A stretch of DNA of 64,000 nt, taken from NCBI GenBank assembly GCA_033763455.1, contig JANRKO010000082.1, positions 14,146-78,145 of the forward strand, written 5' to 3'. The notes under the pieces were generated by a model. The model was not told the origin of the DNA. It did no database searches and saw only the letters and a list, made by a program, of their open reading frames with translations. This stretch comes from Polyangiaceae bacterium (lineage in GTDB: Bacteria; Myxococcota_A; Polyangia; Polyangiales; Polyangiaceae). The translations under genes and the position numbers were made by a program. Positions 48,173 through 58,313 of the stretch are shown here, in pieces (the first letter of the stretch is position 1; every line of letters starts with the position of its first letter).

Positions 48173-48628
48173 TTACCAGCCGCCGCGACCACCGCCGCCA
48201 CCGCCGCCACCGCCGCCGCGACCGCCGCGATCGCCACCGCGACCACCGCCGCCACCGCCGCCGCGACCACCGCCGCCGCCGCGACGCTCACCGCCGCCGC
48301 CACCACCACCGAAGCCGCCGCCGCCGCCACCATGGCCGCCGCCACCGAAGCCGCGACCACCGCCGCCACCGCCGCCACCGGTGCGCTCACGCGCGACGTT
48401 AACATTGAGCGAACGGCCACCCACTACGGTGCCATTCAGGCTCTCGATTGCGCGCTGGGCGTCCGCATCGGACTCGAATTCCACGAAACCAAAACCGCGG
48501 GATTGGCCCGTCATGCGGTCGAGCACGAGGGCAACGGACTGAAGCGGACCAATCGCTTCAAACATTTCTCGGAGCTGCTGCTCGGTTGTTGAAAAATCAA
48601 GGTTGCCCACGAAAAGCTTGTTGTTCAT
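48173..48628 (-). CDS. RRM RNA-binding protein with Gly/RGG-rich tail
   Basis: RNP2 LFVGNL, RNP1 RGFGFVEF, poly-Gly/RGG C-terminus ending in W. Confidence 0.95.
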   Translation of the reverse strand: MNNKLFVGNLDFSTTEQQLREMFEAIGPLQSVALVLDRMTGQSRGFGFVEFESDADAQRAIESLNGTVVGGRSLNVNVARERTGGGGGGGGRGFGGGGHGGGGGGFGGGGGGGERRGGGGGRGGGGGGGRGGDRGGRGGGGGGGGGGRGGW

Positions 48629-48856
48629 TAGATCGTCATCTCTCAGTTTGCGCTAGATTACTGGTTGATTCGGCGAACGCTCAGCGCTTGTGCTTTCTCC
48701 GACCCCTCCATCGAACTGGAGGGCGGTTCTACAGACTTAAACGCGGGCGGGTGAACCGAACAGCGACGCATCTCTAGTACCAGGCCGAGGGCTAACACGG
48801 CCTTCGGCGCCGCGCGAGCAGATTTTGGGGGTAGATGCGCGCTCCGGCTCCTAGGC

Positions 48857-50107
48857 CTAAACCGCCCAGGTAAAGTAGGCAACGAGGGCAAGGTAGACTG
48901 GGCCCAGCGTGAGCAACGCCATACCCGAATAGCGAAAGAACGATGGGGTCTTCCACCCAGCCTGATCCGCCACCGCCTTCACCATGAAGTTGGGCCCATT
49001 GCCGATATAAGTGTTGGCACCCATGAACACCGCGCCAAGGCTAATGGCGGTCAAGTGCAGGGTTGTGACGCCTCCCGCCCATTCTCCTTTCAGGCCGAGC
49101 CCCTCGGCCGCGGAGAGCAGCGCAAGGTACGTGGGGGCATTGTCGAGGACCGACGACAGGGCTCCCGTGGCGAGGAAAAATTCCACCGGACTTGCCAAGC
49201 CAAGGCGCGGCCCCTCCACCTTCAGAAGCTCAAGCGCTGGCACCATCGTGATGAACAGCGCGAGAAAGAGGATGCCGACCTCGATCACTGGGCCGAAGGA
49301 AAAGGCATTTTTGGAGTGTAGGTTGGGCTTCGTCAAGAAGAACCCGCCGAGGCCCGCGCTGAGCATTACAAGTTCACGCCATGGACTCGACAGGAAGACG
49401 GAACCGATAACAAGCCCGAGAAACGCCAACTGCCGCCAACCGTGGATCTTGATGGGGAGGCGCTCGGCTCGATCCAGTTCCAAGGACGTGATTGGTTCCT
49501 TCGCGTATGCTCTCCGATCCACCACCCAAAGCACGGCTAACAAGTACGCAATGGTAAGGGCCCAGATGGGATACAGGCGCAACGTCCAAGTGAACGGAAT
49601 GCCGCGTAAATAACCTAAGAAAAGCGGCGGGTCCCCGAGAGGCGTGAGCAAGCCTCCGCAGTTGGAAACGAGCAGTATGAAGAACACCGGAAGGTGAACG
49701 GTATGTTGGCGTTGCCCGTTCGTGCGAAGTAGCAGACGGATGAGGAGCAAGCTTGCGCCGGTTGTCCCGATAATGTTCGCGAGGGTTGCCCCAAGTGCCA
49801 TGATCGCAACGTTGGTCTCTGGTTTCCCTTCGAGATCTCCCTCAATGAATATCCCCCCGGTGATGACGAAGAGTGAGCCAACAAGCAGCAAGAAGGCGAC
49901 GTATTCATGCAGGCTGTGCAAAAGGGCAGTCGGTTTCTGCAGGCCGAGCCAAATGAAGATGGGTGTCGCAAGAATGCCGGACACTATTGCCTTGTTGCGG
50001 TTGTGTTCCCAAAAAGCAGGAGCCGCCAACGGCAGCACGGCAATGGCGCAGAGTAGGGTGGCGAATGGGGCAGCCGCGAACCAGGCTGGTAAACTCCCGT
50101 GAGGCAT
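48857..50107 (-). CDS. Ion-transporter superfamily permease (putative Na+/H+ antiporter / CitMHS-like)
   Basis: Multiple TM segments; GTTGAS, LTPLGDPPLFLG, LDNAPTY, ANTYIGNGPNFMVK. Confidence 0.85.
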   Translation of the reverse strand: MPHGSLPAWFAAAPFATLLCAIAVLPLAAPAFWEHNRNKAIVSGILATPIFIWLGLQKPTALLHSLHEYVAFLLLVGSLFVITGGIFIEGDLEGKPETNVAIMALGATLANIIGTTGASLLLIRLLLRTNGQRQHTVHLPVFFILLVSNCGGLLTPLGDPPLFLGYLRGIPFTWTLRLYPIWALTIAYLLAVLWVVDRRAYAKEPITSLELDRAERLPIKIHGWRQLAFLGLVIGSVFLSSPWRELVMLSAGLGGFFLTKPNLHSKNAFSFGPVIEVGILFLALFITMVPALELLKVEGPRLGLASPVEFFLATGALSSVLDNAPTYLALLSAAEGLGLKGEWAGGVTTLHLTAISLGAVFMGANTYIGNGPNFMVKAVADQAGWKTPSFFRYSGMALLTLGPVYLALVAYFTWAV

Positions 50108-50206
50108 GGGGCTGCCAGTACACGAACCAACTCGTATCAGCAGAGTTTCACGCGCGAATCCCTCACAACCTTGACTTAGACCGGGTGTAGATTAGTTACT
50201 GGTCGT

Positions 50207-51199
50207 ATGGTAAAAAATTGGAGGCCGAGAAATTACGTATACTTGGCCGTAGTCGTAGGGCTCGGCGGCTGCGCCCGCCTGGGGTCGAACGGGGAGCCGG
50301 AGGGCTACCAAGGTGTGGTTGAGTTTGAGGAAAGAAGCCTTGGGTTCGAGTTCGCAGGGCGGGTGGAAAGCATCGCCGTGGTTCGAGGCCAGACGGTCGC
50401 CAAGGGTGACGTCCTGGCCAAGCTCGATGACACCTTGGAGCGGGCAACGCGAGAAGCGCGGGTTGGCGAAGCGGCGGTCGCTTCGGCGGATCTCTTGTTG
50501 GTGCAGTCGGGAGCCCGTTCAGAGGATGTGCGTGCAACCTTGGCGCGACTGTCGGCTAGCCGAGCGACAGAACTCCAGCTGAGCCAGGCCGTTGAGCGTG
50601 ACTTGAAACTTGTAACGGCGGGTGCGATTTCGCAAGCGGTCCTTGAGCAGAGCCAGACGCGTTTGGCCCAAGCGAAAGGTGAGCGCGAAGCGCTTGAACA
50701 GACTCTGCGGGCCATGAACAACGGTTCGCGGCCACAAGAGGTGAAACGCGCCTTAGCCAGGGAGCATGCGAGTGCCACTTTGGTAAACCTAGAGGATGTT
50801 CGCTTGCGGCATCACGTGCTTCGGGCACCGCTCGGAGGTCAGGTGCTTGAGGTGCATGTGGAGCCGGGAGAAGTTGTTGGTGCTTCGGTACCGGTCGTTA
50901 CCGTGGCTGACGTCGACGCGCCGTATGCCAATGTTTTCGTGCCCCAGAGTGAGATAGCAACGCTCAAGCAAGGTGCCGAAGTGAAAGTGCGGGTGGATTC
51001 GCTGGGCGCAGCTCTGAAAGCCAAAGTTGAATTTATCTCCCCGCGCACGGAGTTCACGCCACGCTTTCTTTTTAGCGAAAAGGAGCGTCCGAATCTGGTG
51101 ATTCGGGTTCGCGTTCGGATTACCGACCCCGGGCATCTCCTGCGCGCAGGTGTGCCCGCGTTTGTTACGTTGAGCGAGCCAAAACAAGGGTCAAAGTGA
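50207..51199 (+). CDS. HlyD-family membrane fusion protein (YbhG-like)
   Basis: Lipoyl halves GQTVAKGDVLAKLD and LRAP..G.V; coiled coil; EFTPR. Confidence 0.9.
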   Translation: MVKNWRPRNYVYLAVVVGLGGCARLGSNGEPEGYQGVVEFEERSLGFEFAGRVESIAVVRGQTVAKGDVLAKLDDTLERATREARVGEAAVASADLLLVQSGARSEDVRATLARLSASRATELQLSQAVERDLKLVTAGAISQAVLEQSQTRLAQAKGEREALEQTLRAMNNGSRPQEVKRALAREHASATLVNLEDVRLRHHVLRAPLGGQVLEVHVEPGEVVGASVPVVTVADVDAPYANVFVPQSEIATLKQGAEVKVRVDSLGAALKAKVEFISPRTEFTPRFLFSEKERPNLVIRVRVRITDPGHLLRAGVPAFVTLSEPKQGSK

Positions 51200-52161
51200 G
51201 CGCTGCTGCCTCGGAATGTATAGTAGAAACGCACGAGCTCTCGCGGAGCTTCGGCGATCTCGTAGCCGTAAGGAACGTTTCGCTAACGATCCATAAGGGA
51301 GAGATCTTTGGTGTGTTGGGCCCGAATGGTGCCGGCAAATCGACCACCATCCGCATGCTCTGTGGCATCTTGGACCCTACCTCGGGTAACGGGCGAGTGG
51401 TGGGTTATGACATTGCCAAAGATGCCGAGCGCATTAAGCAAAACATTGGCTACATGACCCAGCGTTTTAGCCTCTATGAAGATTTGAGCGTGGAAGAGAA
51501 TCTGAAGTTCTACGCTGGCATCTATGGCGTGGCGCGGTCGCGTAGGCGTGCACGCGTCGAAGAAGTGCTGGAGCGCGCTGAGCTTGGGCCGCGTCGGCGT
51601 CAACTCGCAGGGACGCTTTCAGGGGGTTGGAAGCAACGCGTAGCTCTGGCCAGCTCCACCATCCACGAGCCCCCGCTGTTGTTCTTAGACGAACCCACAG
51701 CAGGGGTAGATCCGGTGAGCCGGAGGGATTTTTGGCAGCAAATTTACCAGCTTTCCAGCACCGGCACGACGGTGCTCGTGACTACGCACTACATGGACGA
51801 AGCCGAACGTTGCCATCGCTTGGCTTTCATTTTTCGAGGTGAATTGCTCGACACCGGAACTCCCGAGCAGATCGTAGAGCGCCGAGCCCTTTCGGTGGCT
51901 GAGCTCGAAGTTGACGACGCACGGCACGCGGCCGAAGTACTCCGGGCAGACCCTCGTGTTGAAGAGGTGGCCCACTATGGCCACAGGTTGCGCGTTGCAA
52001 CACGGGGAACGGATAGTGCTCTTGCAATTGCTCAGGAACTGCTAGCGGCTCACTCCACCGGGGTGAGCTCCGGTCGCGACGCGCGCCCGAACGTAGAAGA
52101 TGCCTTCGTCTCCATGGTGCGTGAAGATCAACGCCGGCAACCAGAGAGAGGCAACTTGTGA
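51196..52161 (+). CDS. ABC transporter ATP-binding protein
   Basis: GPNGAGKS, LSGG, LFLDEPTAG, TTHYMDEAE. Confidence 0.95.
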   Translation: MSAAASECIVETHELSRSFGDLVAVRNVSLTIHKGEIFGVLGPNGAGKSTTIRMLCGILDPTSGNGRVVGYDIAKDAERIKQNIGYMTQRFSLYEDLSVEENLKFYAGIYGVARSRRRARVEEVLERAELGPRRRQLAGTLSGGWKQRVALASSTIHEPPLLFLDEPTAGVDPVSRRDFWQQIYQLSSTGTTVLVTTHYMDEAERCHRLAFIFRGELLDTGTPEQIVERRALSVAELEVDDARHAAEVLRADPRVEEVAHYGHRLRVATRGTDSALAIAQELLAAHSTGVSSGRDARPNVEDAFVSMVREDQRRQPERGNL

Positions 52162-53282
52162 CTGGCAGAATGTTCGTGATTGCGTGGAAGGAGCTCCTGC
52201 AGCTCCGGCGCGACCGAATGACACTCGCAATGATGGTGGTGCTCCCGATCCTCCAGCTTACGCTGTTCGGGTACGCTATCAACACAGACGTTCGGCATAT
52301 TCCTACAGTGGTGTACGATCAAGATCGCACCGCGAGCTCACGCGAGCTCGTTCAAAGCTTGGTCGCGACTGGGTTTTATGACCTCGCAGGCTCGGTGCAA
52401 GGCTACGCAGACATTTCGCGGGCCATGCGCACTGGGGTCGCGCGGGTGGCCCTGGTGATCCCCGCTAAGTTCGCATCGAAATTAGCCCGGGGGGACGCAT
52501 TTAAAGTGCAGCTCGTGGTGGATGGTTCAGATCCGCAAATCGTGGCAAGCGCTACGAATACGGCCGCATCGCTCTTGGCTGCGCGCTCCACGGCAATGTT
52601 GTTAACAAGGCTCTCACCGGGCGCCGCTGCGACGCCAGAGCCGGTGCAGCTTGAGGTCTCTAATTGGTACAATCCGGATCTGCGTACGGCAGTGTACGTG
52701 GTGCCAGGGCTCATTGGTGTGATCTTGACGATGACCATGGTGATGCTCACGGCGATGGCGATTGCCCGGGAGCGCGAACGCGGAACGCTCGAACAGCTCA
52801 TTGTATCGCCCGTGAAAAAGTTGGAGCTCGTGGTGGGGAAGATATTGCCTTACGTGCTGATGGGGTACGTGCAGATGACGTTGATTCTGCTAGCCGGGCG
52901 GGTAATTTTTCGAGTCGCGTTTGTGGGCTCGCTGCCTTTGCTGTACGGGATGGCGTTCCTTTTCATTTCAGCGAACCTAGCGCTTGGCTTGTTCTTCTCT
53001 ACGCTCGCCAAAACGCAACAACAAGCGATGCAGATGTCCTTTTTCTTTATTCTTCCCAACATCTTGTTGAGCGGATTCATGTTCCCCTTCGAAGCCATGC
53101 CCAGGCCCGCGCAGTGGATCGCCCAGATGCTGCCATTGACCCATTTTTTGCGCATTGTGCGCGGTATTACCCTAAAGGGCAGCGAATTTGCCGATGTTGT
53201 GCCGGAGATGTGGTCGCTGATGTTCATCTTGATGGGGCTGGTGCTCTTGGCTTCGCTTCGCTTCTCAAAGAAATTGGTGTAA
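52158..53282 (+). CDS. ABC-2 transporter permease (YbhR/S-like)
   Basis: KE..QLRRD, WYNP, RERERGTLEQL, LLSGF.FP...MP. Confidence 0.92.
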   Translation: MTGRMFVIAWKELLQLRRDRMTLAMMVVLPILQLTLFGYAINTDVRHIPTVVYDQDRTASSRELVQSLVATGFYDLAGSVQGYADISRAMRTGVARVALVIPAKFASKLARGDAFKVQLVVDGSDPQIVASATNTAASLLAARSTAMLLTRLSPGAAATPEPVQLEVSNWYNPDLRTAVYVVPGLIGVILTMTMVMLTAMAIARERERGTLEQLIVSPVKKLELVVGKILPYVLMGYVQMTLILLAGRVIFRVAFVGSLPLLYGMAFLFISANLALGLFFSTLAKTQQQAMQMSFFFILPNILLSGFMFPFEAMPRPAQWIAQMLPLTHFLRIVRGITLKGSEFADVVPEMWSLMFILMGLVLLASLRFSKKLV

Positions 53283-53285
53283 CGC

Positions 53286-53894
53286 GTGGCACGCCCTAAG
53301 AGCGACATCCAGCCGCGAATCGTGCGAGCGGCAAAAGTGAGGTTCATTCACGAAGGTGTGGATGGTGCATCCCTGCGTCAGATCGCCAGGGAGGCAGGTA
53401 CAAGCCTTGGCATGATTTACTACTACTACCCGACGAAAGATGATTTGTTCTTGGCGGTGGTAGAGGACGTGTATTCGAAGCTATTGAAAGATCTTGCGTC
53501 AGCGCTCGCGCCGGATACCCCGGTGCAAGAACGTTTGCTCCGCCTCTATGTGCGGCTTGGGCAGGTGAGCGAGAGCGAGCTTTCCGTGGTGCGGCTAATC
53601 GTACGCGAAGCGCTGGGCTCGTCCGAACGCTTGCGGCGTTTGCTGGAGCGCTTTAAGCGCGGTCATATTCCGCTTGTAATCCAAACGTTGCAGGATGGGT
53701 GTGCCCAAGGCGTGATTCGGAACGATCTGCCGCTCGTTCAGCTCCTGCTAGCGACCATGGCCCTTGGCACCATTCCGCAGTTCGTTCGAGCCTTGGCCGC
53801 CGAACACTTGCCCTTCGACAAGGCGCAGGATCCAGACGAATTCGCTGCAGGTTTGCTGGGCGTGTTGTTTCGCGGAGTGGGAGCGGCCACCTAA
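53286..53894 (+). CDS. TetR/AcrR-family regulator
   Basis: ASLRQIAREAGTSLGMIYYYYPTKDDL. Confidence 0.92.
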   Translation: MARPKSDIQPRIVRAAKVRFIHEGVDGASLRQIAREAGTSLGMIYYYYPTKDDLFLAVVEDVYSKLLKDLASALAPDTPVQERLLRLYVRLGQVSESELSVVRLIVREALGSSERLRRLLERFKRGHIPLVIQTLQDGCAQGVIRNDLPLVQLLLATMALGTIPQFVRALAAEHLPFDKAQDPDEFAAGLLGVLFRGVGAAT

Positions 53895-54007
53895 GCGCTT
53901 GCGTTTGGCTCCCGAAGGCTTGCTAGGCGGCGTGTGGACGCAAGCCAGCCAACAAAAAATCGCTAGCGGCCCTTGCGGCTAGTGGATCCTGGCCCTCTAC
54001 TCCCGGC

Positions 54008-55522
54008 ATGTCCCACGTCAGGAAGCTACCCGAAGATTGCCTCATCGTTATTTTTGGCGCCTCCGGCGATTTGACCAAGCGCAAGCTCATCCCTGCGCTG
54101 TATGCGCTCTGGTCCAAGAATGAGGGGCCAAAGAACTTCGCGGTGATTGGCGTGTCCCGCACGACTGTCTCCGACCAAGCGTTTCGAAATGATTTGTTCG
54201 AATTCGGCCAAGGCGCGTACGACAAAGAGCGTTGGCAAGCCTTTGCCGAGCGCGTTTTCTACCATGCCGCGGACGCCACCAATACCGATGCCTGGGGCGC
54301 TTTGAAGGCGCGCTTTGCCACCGTTCAAGCGGAGTTCCAGACGGGCCCCAATTTATTGTTCTATCTGGCGATGGCACCGCAGTTTTTCGAGCCCGTTATT
54401 CGCGCCATTGGCGCTTCCAACTTGGTGAATTCAGGCCTACCCGCGGCGGATGCGGAGGGCGTGCCGTGGCAGCGCATTGTTGTCGAAAAGCCATTCGGCC
54501 ACGATCCAACATCCGCAGCGCGACTCAACCGCACCTTGGCTGAGGTCTTTCGTGAAGAAGCCGTGTATCGCATCGACCATTATCTGGGAAAAGAGCTCGT
54601 GCAAAACCTAATGGTGGTTCGTTTCGCCAATTCTATCTTCGAGCCGATTTGGAATCGCCAATACATCGATCATGTGCAGATCACCGCCAGCGAAACGGTG
54701 GGCGTGGAGGGCCGCGGTGCGTACTATGACGGCCCTGCCGGGGGCGCATTGCGCGACATGGTGCAGAGCCATCTACTTCAAGTTTTGGCCGTGGTGGCGA
54801 TGGAGCCCCCGGTGAGCCTCGACGACACCGACATCCGTACGGAGAAGATTAAGATCTTCAAGGCACTGAGGGTTCCCCAACAGCGGGAGGTGGCGGAGCT
54901 TGCCGTGCGTGGCCAATACGGAGCCGGGCAGGTTCTGGGTAAACACGTCGACGGCTATCGAGAAAACCCAGACGTGAACCCCGCGTCGCAAACCGATACG
55001 TATGCCGCCGTTCAGTTCCATGTGGATACTTGGCGCTGGGGTGGTGTCCCGTTTTACCTGCGAAGCGGCAAGGCCATGGCCCGGAAAAAGACCGAGATTG
55101 TGCTGTATTTCAAGCCCACACCGCATTGCCTTTTCCGTGAGCATGGCAAGATCGCCAAGGCTAATCAGATCGTGATCAACGTGAACCCTAACGAAGGGAT
55201 CCGTTTGCGTTTCGAAGGCAAGGTGCCCGGAATTGGCCTCGATATTCAGCCCGTTGTGATGGATTTTGACTACGAAAAGCAGTGGAAAGCCACGCCCAAA
55301 GACGGCTACGAAACGCTGCTGAGTGATTGCTTACGAGGGGATTTGACAAACTTCAAGCATCGCGATGAGGTGGAAGCTTCGTGGAGCGCCTGTCAGCCAG
55401 TACTCGACGCCTGGGCTGAGGAGCCCCAAGACGATCTTCCGAACTACGCTGCGGGTACTTGGGGGCCACCAGCGGCGGACCTCATGATGGCTAAGCAGAA
55501 GCGCTATTTCCGCAATGATTGA
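54008..55522 (+). CDS. zwf: Glucose-6-phosphate 1-dehydrogenase
   Basis: IFGASGDL, EKPFG, RIDHYLGKE, DMVQSH, GVPFYLRSGK. Confidence 0.97.
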   Translation: MSHVRKLPEDCLIVIFGASGDLTKRKLIPALYALWSKNEGPKNFAVIGVSRTTVSDQAFRNDLFEFGQGAYDKERWQAFAERVFYHAADATNTDAWGALKARFATVQAEFQTGPNLLFYLAMAPQFFEPVIRAIGASNLVNSGLPAADAEGVPWQRIVVEKPFGHDPTSAARLNRTLAEVFREEAVYRIDHYLGKELVQNLMVVRFANSIFEPIWNRQYIDHVQITASETVGVEGRGAYYDGPAGGALRDMVQSHLLQVLAVVAMEPPVSLDDTDIRTEKIKIFKALRVPQQREVAELAVRGQYGAGQVLGKHVDGYRENPDVNPASQTDTYAAVQFHVDTWRWGGVPFYLRSGKAMARKKTEIVLYFKPTPHCLFREHGKIAKANQIVINVNPNEGIRLRFEGKVPGIGLDIQPVVMDFDYEKQWKATPKDGYETLLSDCLRGDLTNFKHRDEVEASWSACQPVLDAWAEEPQDDLPNYAAGTWGPPAADLMMAKQKRYFRND

Positions 55523-55793
55523 GGTGATTTCACGAGATGCTAAGTGGCGCTATTTGATTCTTGCCACGGTGTTCTTCGTTGTCGTGCACGTGTTCATCTG
55601 GACACTATTGCGCGATAGGCTCGTGGAAGCTGTGGGGCTGGCTGGGTTTTCCTTGCTCTCAACCGCTGGCATAGTGGGCGTGTGTGCCGCGTACCGCGTA
55701 CGGCCTGCTCGAGCTTTCGGAACCGATTGGGGGCGCTACGCTCAGCAAACGGCGAATGTTCCGTTGTTGGCGATTTCCCCACTTCCAGGATAA
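55515..55793 (+). CDS. Small two-TM hypothetical protein
   Basis: Overlaps the zwf stop; two hydrophobic segments. Confidence 0.4.
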   Translation: MIEVISRDAKWRYLILATVFFVVVHVFIWTLLRDRLVEAVGLAGFSLLSTAGIVGVCAAYRVRPARAFGTDWGRYAQQTANVPLLAISPLPG

Positions 55794-56021
55794 ATCTCCC
55801 TGCTAAGGGCCACTTTGGGCGGGCCGGCGCGAGTCGCTTGACCTTGGCTCGCGGCTGAGTGTGTCTGGGGGCCCCGCGGGAACACCTGCGCGCCATGCGC
55901 GTTTTTCCGAGGGGTGGTTCGTTCCGAGCCTCTGATCTGATAGGGTGCCGCCGCGAGCGCTGGCGAACATGCTTCGAAAGCGCACCAAGTGAGAGCTGTT
56001 AACTGAGTGAGATCTAAAACA

Positions 56022-58313
56022 ATGGCCACCCTACGCACCTTAGACCACCCATGCGGCGCATTGCCGCTCCTCCTGTTAGGCCTCTACGCACTTGGTTGCC
56101 AACCTGCCGTTCCTGTCAAAGCTGCCGCACAGCCCGCGCCAAGCGATACGGCTGCAGCCGCGCAGGTAGTTGTAGATGTGGAGCCTGCGGCGGAGCCGCC
56201 GACGAATCTGCTGAGAAATGGCAGCTTTGAAGGGTCAGGCCGGTATTGGAATGGCGCTACCGAGGCCATGCTGGATACAACCAATCCTGCCTTCGGGCGC
56301 TATGCGTTAAAGCTTTCTCGCGATCCGACACCTGAAGAGAAGCGTCCGAAGGGGCAGGGGCCGCGTACCACTACAGATATTCGTTCGGGTGCTTTTTACT
56401 TGGAGCGCGACCGTGAAGTGACGGTGAGTCTCTCGATCCGTGCGGACGAAAAGCAAGAGGTAAAGGTTTGGTTGTTCCCGGCCAATCGCCAAACTGCTCA
56501 GAACCTCAAGCTCGTTTGGGACGACAACGCCGCCAAGCGCTTTGAGGCAGGGCCGGAATGGAAGCGGGTGAGCTTCAAGGCGAAGTACAATATTGGCCTT
56601 GAAAAGTGGTTCAAGAGCCACGCTTTCATGTTGAGCATTTCGGCGGGTAACACCTGGGTGGATGGTGTCACCGTCTCGTATACAAAAGGAGACGCGAGTT
56701 ACGAGCCGCGCGCGAAAGTGGAAGTTGCGGCCGATGCTTTGGACATGCCGGGCTATCTGTCGGAAGCGGCCAATCTGTCTGAGCCTGGCTCGCAGGTTAA
56801 AGTGCGAGGAGCTGTACACAACCCCGGCACGCAGCCCCGGAAAGTGCGCCTGGCTTGGCAGCTCTACGATTACACCGGGGAAAAGGCTTACGCCTCGCCC
56901 GTGACCAAGGAGCTCACTCTGGCCCCGGGCGCCACAGAGATCCAAACGGTGCCGATGACCCTGAGCGCAAAGGGGCTGACGTTGGCGAGGGTGTCGGCAT
57001 TTGACGAAGGAGGCAACCGCCTCGACAAATCGGACTTTCCGTTCACAGTGTTAGCTTATCCGCAAGCTAACACCACACAAGATCCGAGTGAGCGCTTCGG
57101 TATCGGTGTGCGTGGTCCGCATACGTTGCGCTTGGCCCAGAAGATTGGTTTTCGCTGGACTCGCTGGTACACGGATGTGGACTGGGAGAATGTCCAGAGG
57201 AAGGGGCCGAAAGAGTCAACCTGGCCGGATAAGCAGCTGAAAGAGATCGAAGAGCGCGGTATTCTGCCCATTTTTGTGCTGTTTCGTATCCCTGATTGGG
57301 CCAAAGACAAAGACGAAGATTCGCTTCCCAAAGACATGAAGTGGGGGGTGAACGATCCGCGTTGGGACGATCTCACTATCAAGACCTGGTTCGATCAGCA
57401 CGTGGAGCGCGCGGTGACGCGCTACAAAGATAAGGCGTATGTGTGGGAGCTCTCCAATGAGCCAGATCTGGATGTCGCCTTACCTCCGGATATTCACTAT
57501 CGGCTCGCCGTGCGCACCTCGCGCATCATCAAGCGCATCAAGCCCGACGCGATCTTCATGGTGAATTCGACTCTTGGGCGGCAAACAGATTTTTTTCAAC
57601 GCTTCTTCGAGCTTGGGGGCGCGCGCGACATAGACGTGTACACCTGGCACGACTACCAGCCAGCCAAGATTGGAGACGGGGACAAGATTCGGCACCTGCG
57701 CCAGATGATCGACGCCTACGGCCCAAATAAGGCTCAAATTTGGTTTGATGAAGGCTTCACATTCGTGAATTCAGCCACAGATGACGCTGCGCCGGCGGTG
57801 ACGCAATCCACCTCTCGGGAGGTGGCGAACTGGATGGTCACCAACTGGGTAGAAATGCTCGCGGCGGGCTTGGAGAAATGCGTTGTTTTTCACATCGGCT
57901 ATGAACACCAAGGAAGAAGTTTCTGGGACTACACCGGCGCGGGCACCGAGCTGTGGGATACCGAACAGCTCCCAACGGTGGGCGTTTCGATGTGGAATAC
58001 GATTATTCAGCACCTGGGCCGCAGCACACCGAAGGGAAGCTTCCGCCCACTCGGGGCCACTGTGCATGTGTTTGACGATCTTCGAAATCAGCGCGGTGTA
58101 ATGATCGCGTGGTCCAAGGAAAAACGAACCTTGAAGCTTCCGATCAAAGATCTGATCTTGGAAGACGTCACCGGCAACGCGTGGCCCGCGCCCACAGAGG
58201 CTGGAGTTTCGATCGTGACACTGAACGAAGGTGAACAACCCCTCTACCTTTACACGAAAGACAAGCAATCGGCGCAACGCCTAGCGGATGCGCTCAAAGG
58301 AATGAAACCATGA
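56022..58313 (+). CDS. Lipoprotein glycoside hydrolase, clan GH-A-like TIM barrel with N-terminal CBM-like domain
   Basis: Lipobox LGC; NLLRNGSFE; WELSNEPD, TWHDY, IWFDEG. Confidence 0.65.
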   Translation: MATLRTLDHPCGALPLLLLGLYALGCQPAVPVKAAAQPAPSDTAAAAQVVVDVEPAAEPPTNLLRNGSFEGSGRYWNGATEAMLDTTNPAFGRYALKLSRDPTPEEKRPKGQGPRTTTDIRSGAFYLERDREVTVSLSIRADEKQEVKVWLFPANRQTAQNLKLVWDDNAAKRFEAGPEWKRVSFKAKYNIGLEKWFKSHAFMLSISAGNTWVDGVTVSYTKGDASYEPRAKVEVAADALDMPGYLSEAANLSEPGSQVKVRGAVHNPGTQPRKVRLAWQLYDYTGEKAYASPVTKELTLAPGATEIQTVPMTLSAKGLTLARVSAFDEGGNRLDKSDFPFTVLAYPQANTTQDPSERFGIGVRGPHTLRLAQKIGFRWTRWYTDVDWENVQRKGPKESTWPDKQLKEIEERGILPIFVLFRIPDWAKDKDEDSLPKDMKWGVNDPRWDDLTIKTWFDQHVERAVTRYKDKAYVWELSNEPDLDVALPPDIHYRLAVRTSRIIKRIKPDAIFMVNSTLGRQTDFFQRFFELGGARDIDVYTWHDYQPAKIGDGDKIRHLRQMIDAYGPNKAQIWFDEGFTFVNSATDDAAPAVTQSTSREVANWMVTNWVEMLAAGLEKCVVFHIGYEHQGRSFWDYTGAGTELWDTEQLPTVGVSMWNTIIQHLGRSTPKGSFRPLGATVHVFDDLRNQRGVMIAWSKEKRTLKLPIKDLILEDVTGNAWPAPTEAGVSIVTLNEGEQPLYLYTKDKQSAQRLADALKGMKP

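Noticed and set aside
48176..48381. CCG/CCA-rich simple repeat as a non-coding element
   Set aside because: It simply encodes the poly-Gly/RGG tail of the RRM protein.
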